Source of the DNA: an uncultured bacterium
GTDB taxonomy: Bacteria > Desulfobacterota_D > UBA1144 > Nemesobacterales > UBA2774
DNA length: 64,000 nt
Direction: 5' to 3'
NCBI GenBank assembly: GCA_963705505.1
Contig: CAVPJU010000010.1
Coordinates: forward strand, 608,001-672,000
Shown here: positions 59,801-64,000 of the stretch, piece after piece
How the letters are laid out: the number at the start of each line of letters is the position of its first letter
How positions within the stretch are numbered: the first letter of the stretch is position 1
The notes under the pieces: generated by a model
What the model was told of the DNA's origin: nothing
The model's database searches: none
The model's input: the letters and a program-made list of their open reading frames with translations, nothing else
Translations under genes and position numbers: made by a program

Positions 59801-60981
59801 AGCTTCTGGTATATGAACGGCCTGAAAAGCTCGAGTCCCATCTGCTTCGGGATACCGCACTGATGGAGCTTCAGCTCGGGACCGACGGTGATGACCGAAC
59901 GGCCTGAGTAGTCCACCCTCTTTCCGAGGAGGTTCTGTCTGAACCTTCCCTGCTTACCCTTGATAATATCGCTCAGGCTCTTAAGAGGCCTGTGGTTATG
60001 ACCGAGTACCGGCCTTCCCCTGCGTCCGTTCTCAAGGAGAGCGTCCACGGACTCCTGGAGCATCCTCTTCTCGTTCCTTACGATGATATCGGGCGCTCCG
60101 AGCTCGAGTAATTTCTTAAGCCTGTTATTCCTGTTTATTACACGCCTGTATAGGTCGTTCAGGTCGGACGTCGCGAACCTTCCGCCGTCCAAAGGAACGA
60201 GCGGCCTCAGGTCGGGCGGGAGTACGGGTATCCTCGTAAGGATCATCCACTCGGGACGGTTCTTCGATTTCCTGAACGCCTCGCAAATCCGGAGCCTCTT
60301 CGCAATCCTCGCCCTTTTAATAGGGGAGGTCGTGTTTTTCATTTCGTGCCTTAACTGGTCCGAGAGCTCTACGAGGTCTATCTTCTTGAGCATCTCCCTG
60401 ATAGTCTCGGCCCCCATGCCTACCTTGAAGCTGTGGCCGTATTCCTCTACAGCCTTTCTGTATTTATCCTCGCTGAGGACTTCCCCGAATTTAAGGGTCG
60501 TGCCTCCCGGATCGAGGACTACGTATGATTCGTAGTAAAGGGCTTTTTCCAGGTCCTTGAGCGTCATATCGAGCAGCATGCCGATTCTCGACGGTATGCT
60601 CCTCAGAAACCAGATATGCGCGACAGGGGACGAAAGCTCTATGTGAGCCATCCTCTCCCTTCTGACCTTGGATGAGATAACCTCGACCCCGCATTTTTCA
60701 CAAGTGATGCCTCTGTGTTTTAATCTCTTATATTTTCCGCAAGTGCATTCGTAATCCTTCACAGGACCGAATATCTTTGCGCAAAACAGACCGCTCCTTT
60801 CGGGTTTGAATGTCCTGTAATTGATAGTCTCGGGCTTCCTGACTTCTCCGTGCGACCACTCCTTGATCTTTTCAGGAGAAGCTATCGATATCTTTACCGC
60901 CGAGTACTCCGAAGGATTCTTAGGCTTTTCAAAAAGGGTATCTACGTCCACGTTTTTCTCCCTCCCTAATCTTATATTCAA
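56866..60981 (-). CDS. rpoC: RNA polymerase beta' subunit (true start may be GTG at 60951)
   Basis: [38 protein letters not shown]. Confidence 0.99.
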   Translation of the reverse strand: MNIRLGREKNVDVDTLFEKPKNPSEYSAVKISIASPEKIKEWSHGEVRKPETINYRTFKPERSGLFCAKIFGPVKDYECTCGKYKRLKHRGITCEKCGVEVISSKVRRERMAHIELSSPVAHIWFLRSIPSRIGMLLDMTLKDLEKALYYESYVVLDPGGTTLKFGEVLSEDKYRKAVEEYGHSFKVGMGAETIREMLKKIDLVELSDQLRHEMKNTTSPIKRARIAKRLRICEAFRKSKNRPEWMILTRIPVLPPDLRPLVPLDGGRFATSDLNDLYRRVINRNNRLKKLLELGAPDIIVRNEKRMLQESVDALLENGRRGRPVLGHNHRPLKSLSDIIKGKQGRFRQNLLGKRVDYSGRSVITVGPELKLHQCGIPKQMGLELFRPFIYQKLEKWGAAATIKIAKKLVEQEAPIVWDALDEVIKEHPVLLNRAPTLHRLSIQAFEPILIEDKAIQIHPLVCPAYNADFDGDQMAVHVPLSIEAQTECRTLVMSTNNILSPAHGKPIILPTQDIVLGIYYMTRDMAYDKGDGKIFSSIEEVQIAYDSGEIGIHAKIKVRVSGKIFETTAGRVLLYDIMPKDIPFELVNRVMTKRAIEELVDTCFRMAGGKNTVILADRMRTLGFKYSTRAGISISIDDMRIPHKKKELLEKAQDEVVKVQNQYSQGLITDGERYNKVIDIWARTSDEVAQEMMRDISYEEYTDKDGNLKRGASSNPIYMMIDSGARGSQTQVRQLAGMRGLMAKPSGEIIETPITSNFREGLTVLQYFISTHGARKGLADTALKTANAGYLTRRLIDVAQDVMIKEFDCGTVEGITVSDLVEGGEIIERVGERVLGRVTVEDILDPVSGDVIVRANEEIDEQAAARIDEAGSITEVRIRSVLTCETRIGVCVLCYGRNLATGKLVNIGEAVGIIAAQSIGEPGTQLTMRTFHIGGAASQRAAESTLESAHEGTIKFNTVRTVTAKDGSLVVINRTGTLILVDDKGYERERYPLALGARLRINEGDKVREGQLLAEWDPYTTPFISEFDGKVGFVDLEQGITLKEQVDEVTGIYKKVVMESKNFEVHPGLVITTDEGKSIQYSLPIGAIIEANEGDVVSAGDVVAKIARATAKTKDITGGLPRVAELFEARMPKDPAVVTEIDGIVTYGKDLKGKRRVVVTPEIGEPKEYLVPRGKHVLVREGEVVTSGDQLVDGSVNPHDILRIRGERALTRYLVDEIQEVYRLQGVKINDKHIEAIVRQMLKRVRIKDPGDTILLVGEAIEKHIFFEENERVVAQGGRPASAEPLLLGITRASLSTDSWLSAASFQETTRVLTEAACEGKEDNLRGLKENVIMGRLIPAGTGLPIYRNIDVEVPVLEVPVPAAASADEE

Positions 60982-63900
60982 TTCCTTCCTGATTCTTCTT
61001 CCTCGAGAAGGTCGACGTCCAGCGCCAGCGCCTGGAGCTCCTTTTGAAGGACCTTAAACGACTCCGGCAGGCCGGGCTCAAAATTCATATCGCCCTTGAC
61101 GATCGAATCGAAAATCCGGGTTCTGCCTATAACGTCATCCGATTTTACGGTCAGAAATTCCTGTAATGTGTATGAAGCGCCGTAGGCTTCGAGCGCCCAG
61201 ACTTCCATCTCCCCGAGACGCTGGCCTCCGAAATGCGCCTTACCGCCCAGAGGCTGCTGCGTGACGAGGGAGTACGGACCGATCGCCCTGGCGTGGATCT
61301 TCTCCTCGACAAGGTGATGGAGCTTGAGCATATACATCACGCCGACCGTGACTTTCTGGTCAAACGGCTCTCCGCTCTGACCGTCGAAGAGTATAGTCTT
61401 GCCGTCCTCCGGCAGTCCCGTCTCCGCCAGCATGGTCTTGATCTCTTCTTCCGACGCTCCGTCGAATACGGGAGACTTGACCGGGACACCGTTACGCAGA
61501 CTCCTGGCAACGGAAATTACATCCTCGTCGTCCAGCTTGTCTATCAGCTTTGCGGTCTCGGAAGCTTTATATATATCCTTCAGCTTCGCCCTCAGGGCCT
61601 GGGGACTGAATTCCCTTTCCATTATCTCGTTTATCTGATTGCCGAGCTCTTTTGCGGCCCACCCCAAGTGCGTTTCAAGCACCTGACCGACGTTCATTCT
61701 CGAAGGAACGCCGAGCGGGTTTAGAATCATGTCGACCGGTGCCCCGTTCGGAAGGTAGGGCATGTCTTCCTCGGCAAGTATTTTCGAGATTACACCCTTG
61801 TTTCCGTGTCTTCCGGCCATTTTATCTCCGACCTGGAGCTTCCTTTTAACGGCGATATTTACCTTTACCACCTTGAGGACTCCCGGCGGGAGCTCGTCCG
61901 GTTTTGTGAGCTTCGATATCCTCTGATCGTATACCACGTTAGTCAGATCGATCTGCTCGAGCGTTCTTTCGATGATCCGCTTGATCTCGGCTTCCGCTTC
62001 GTCTCCCTTTTCGATTGTGATATCGGCAAACTTCTCAAACGGTATGGTCTTGAGTATGTCTTCCGTTATCTTGTCCCCTTTCTTGAGTACGGTCTTTCTC
62101 GAAACAGTCAGCTTCGCGGAAGATATTTTGCCCGCAACGAGAGACTTGATACGCTCAAAAGCGTCGTCTTTCAATATCTTGATTTCGTCGTCCCTGTCCT
62201 GCTTGAGGCGGGTTACCTCAAAATCTTCGATGCTCTTCGCTCTCTCGTCTTTATCGACTACCCTCGAGATGAGCATCTTCACATCTATGACAGTGCCGTA
62301 AATGCCGGGGGAGGCTCTCAAAGACGTATCCTTCACATCCCCCGCCTTGTCCCCGAATATAGCCCTCAGCAAGCGCTCTTCAGGAGAGAGCTGAGTCTCG
62401 CCCTTGGGAGAAATCTTACCTACGATTATGTCCCCGGGCTTCACTTCAGCGCCGATCCTGATGATTCCGCTCTCATCGAGGTTCCTGAGAGCGTCTTCGC
62501 TCACATTCGGAATATCCCTCGTTATCTCTTCTCGTCCGAGCTTCGTTTCACGCGCTATGCATTCGACCTCTTCTATATGTATAGAGGTAAACATGTCTTC
62601 TTTTGCGAGCCTTTCGCTCATCAGTATTGCGTCTTCAAAGTTATATCCGCCCCATGGCATGAAAGCCACCAGTACGTTCTGACCGAGGGCGAGCTCGCCT
62701 GAATCCGTAGAAGGCCCGTCCGCAATGACCTGGCCGGCTTTTATCTGCTGGCCTTTCTTGACGATGGGCTTCTGGTTCCAGCACGTGCTCTGGTTCGATT
62801 TCTGGAATTTCAAGAGGTTGTACATATCCACTCCGGCCTCGGTCTCGGAGGTGTCTCCCGTGGAGCTCACGACCACCCTCGCCGAATCGACGTACTCGAC
62901 AATACCGTCTCTCTTCGCGATCACGGTTACCCCCGAATCCTTGGCGACGGTGCTTTCAAACCCGGTGCCGACGATAGGCGAGCTGGTGCGTATGAGAGGC
63001 ACCGCCTGACGCTGCATGTTCGATCCCATAAGGGCGCGGTTCGCGTCGTCATGCTCGAGGAAGGGTATAAGCGATGCCGATACGGATACGAGCTGCGACG
63101 GGGAGACGTCCATAAGCTCGACCTTTTCACGCTCGACCATGAGGAACTCGCCGCTGTGTCTCGCCGAAATAAAATCCGACGTGAAATTGCCGTTTTTATC
63201 GAGCGGCGCGTTTGCCTGGGCAATGATGTACTTTTCCTCGGCAAGGGCGTTCATATATACAATTTCATCTGTAACCCTTGCGCTCTTTACCACCCTGTAG
63301 GGCGTCTGAATAAATCCGAATTCGTTGATCTTGCCGTAAGTGCTGAGACTCGAAATCAGACCGATGTTAGGTCCTTCCGGAGTTTCTATGGGGCAGATTC
63401 TCCCGTAGTGGGAAGAATGTACGTCCCTCACTTCAAACCCGGCCCTCTCCCTGGTGAGACCTCCCGGCCCCAAAGCGCTCAATCTCCTCTTGTGCGTGAT
63501 CTCGGAGAGAGGATTCGTCTGATCCATGAACTGCGAGAGCTGTCCCGTCGCAAAGAATTCCTTTACGACCGCAATGACCGTCTTCGGTATAAGCAGCTCG
63601 CTCGGCATCAGGTTTTCGACCGCCTGATAACCCATCTTTTCCTTCACGGAGCGGGCAAGCCTTTCGAGTCCGTGATAAAACCTGTCTTCTATAAGCTCCC
63701 CTACAGTCCGCACCCTCCTGTTTCCCAGGTGGTCTATATCGTCTGTCGTACCCCTGCCCCCTCTCAGTCCCAGCAGGTATCTGACCGACTCCAATATATC
63801 TTCCCTGGTAAGAGTGGATACGTCGTCAGGGATACCGTGATTCAATTTATAATTTATTTTGAGACGACCGACCTGAGAAAGCCTGTAAGTGTCCGGATTG

Positions 63901-64000
63901 AAGAACATGTTGTCGAAGAAAGACTGCGCGACGTTGAGTGTGGGGGGATCGGTCGGACGGAACTTCTTGTAAATCTCAGTAATTGCGTCTTCACGAGTTT
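60978..64000 (-). CDS. rpoB: RNA polymerase beta subunit, 5'-partial
   Basis: [46 protein letters not shown]; frame open to the window edge. Confidence 0.99.
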   Translation of the reverse strand, partial: TREDAITEIYKKFRPTDPPTLNVAQSFFDNMFFNPDTYRLSQVGRLKINYKLNHGIPDDVSTLTREDILESVRYLLGLRGGRGTTDDIDHLGNRRVRTVGELIEDRFYHGLERLARSVKEKMGYQAVENLMPSELLIPKTVIAVVKEFFATGQLSQFMDQTNPLSEITHKRRLSALGPGGLTRERAGFEVRDVHSSHYGRICPIETPEGPNIGLISSLSTYGKINEFGFIQTPYRVVKSARVTDEIVYMNALAEEKYIIAQANAPLDKNGNFTSDFISARHSGEFLMVEREKVELMDVSPSQLVSVSASLIPFLEHDDANRALMGSNMQRQAVPLIRTSSPIVGTGFESTVAKDSGVTVIAKRDGIVEYVDSARVVVSSTGDTSETEAGVDMYNLLKFQKSNQSTCWNQKPIVKKGQQIKAGQVIADGPSTDSGELALGQNVLVAFMPWGGYNFEDAILMSERLAKEDMFTSIHIEEVECIARETKLGREEITRDIPNVSEDALRNLDESGIIRIGAEVKPGDIIVGKISPKGETQLSPEERLLRAIFGDKAGDVKDTSLRASPGIYGTVIDVKMLISRVVDKDERAKSIEDFEVTRLKQDRDDEIKILKDDAFERIKSLVAGKISSAKLTVSRKTVLKKGDKITEDILKTIPFEKFADITIEKGDEAEAEIKRIIERTLEQIDLTNVVYDQRISKLTKPDELPPGVLKVVKVNIAVKRKLQVGDKMAGRHGNKGVISKILAEEDMPYLPNGAPVDMILNPLGVPSRMNVGQVLETHLGWAAKELGNQINEIMEREFSPQALRAKLKDIYKASETAKLIDKLDDEDVISVARSLRNGVPVKSPVFDGASEEEIKTMLAETGLPEDGKTILFDGQSGEPFDQKVTVGVMYMLKLHHLVEEKIHARAIGPYSLVTQQPLGGKAHFGGQRLGEMEVWALEAYGASYTLQEFLTVKSDDVIGRTRIFDSIVKGDMNFEPGLPESFKVLQKELQALALDVDLLEEEESGRN

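Overview
Bacterial DNA, probably from a deltaproteobacteria-like lineage (lineage not provable from the window). The right end (44.0-64.0 kb) is housekeeping: tRNA-Asn(GTT), rpoH, alaS, rlmN, prsW, purL, purF, valS, rpoC and partial rpoB. The left 44 kb is accessory. The 0-10 kb part holds secreted or envelope proteins, including two paralogous Pro-rich heptad-repeat proteins and a 33-Cys protein with a GGGGGC-TM-basic sorting tail. The 10.7-36.3 kb part is a putative redox/sugar stress island whose regulatory wiring can be read from the DNA. A GAF-GAF sigma54 activator sits divergently from a consensus -24/-12 promoter that precedes a STAS protein and an ECF sigma factor. A bipartite motif RATCC-N16-CGTMTAR occurs six times with identical spacing just upstream of six genes: the glucose dehydrogenase/aquaporin/GlcG/gluconolactonase operon, msrB, the DM13/GMC/VOC operon, the zf-HC2 anti-sigma, a secreted protein, and an acyl-ligase/ACP/acyltransferase fusion. 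This suggests a two-tier sigma54-to-ECF cascade with a local regulon (inference). About 11 single-base frameshifts, including in purL and purF, look like sequencing or assembly indels rather than true pseudogenes. No integrase, transposase or CRISPR array was recognised.
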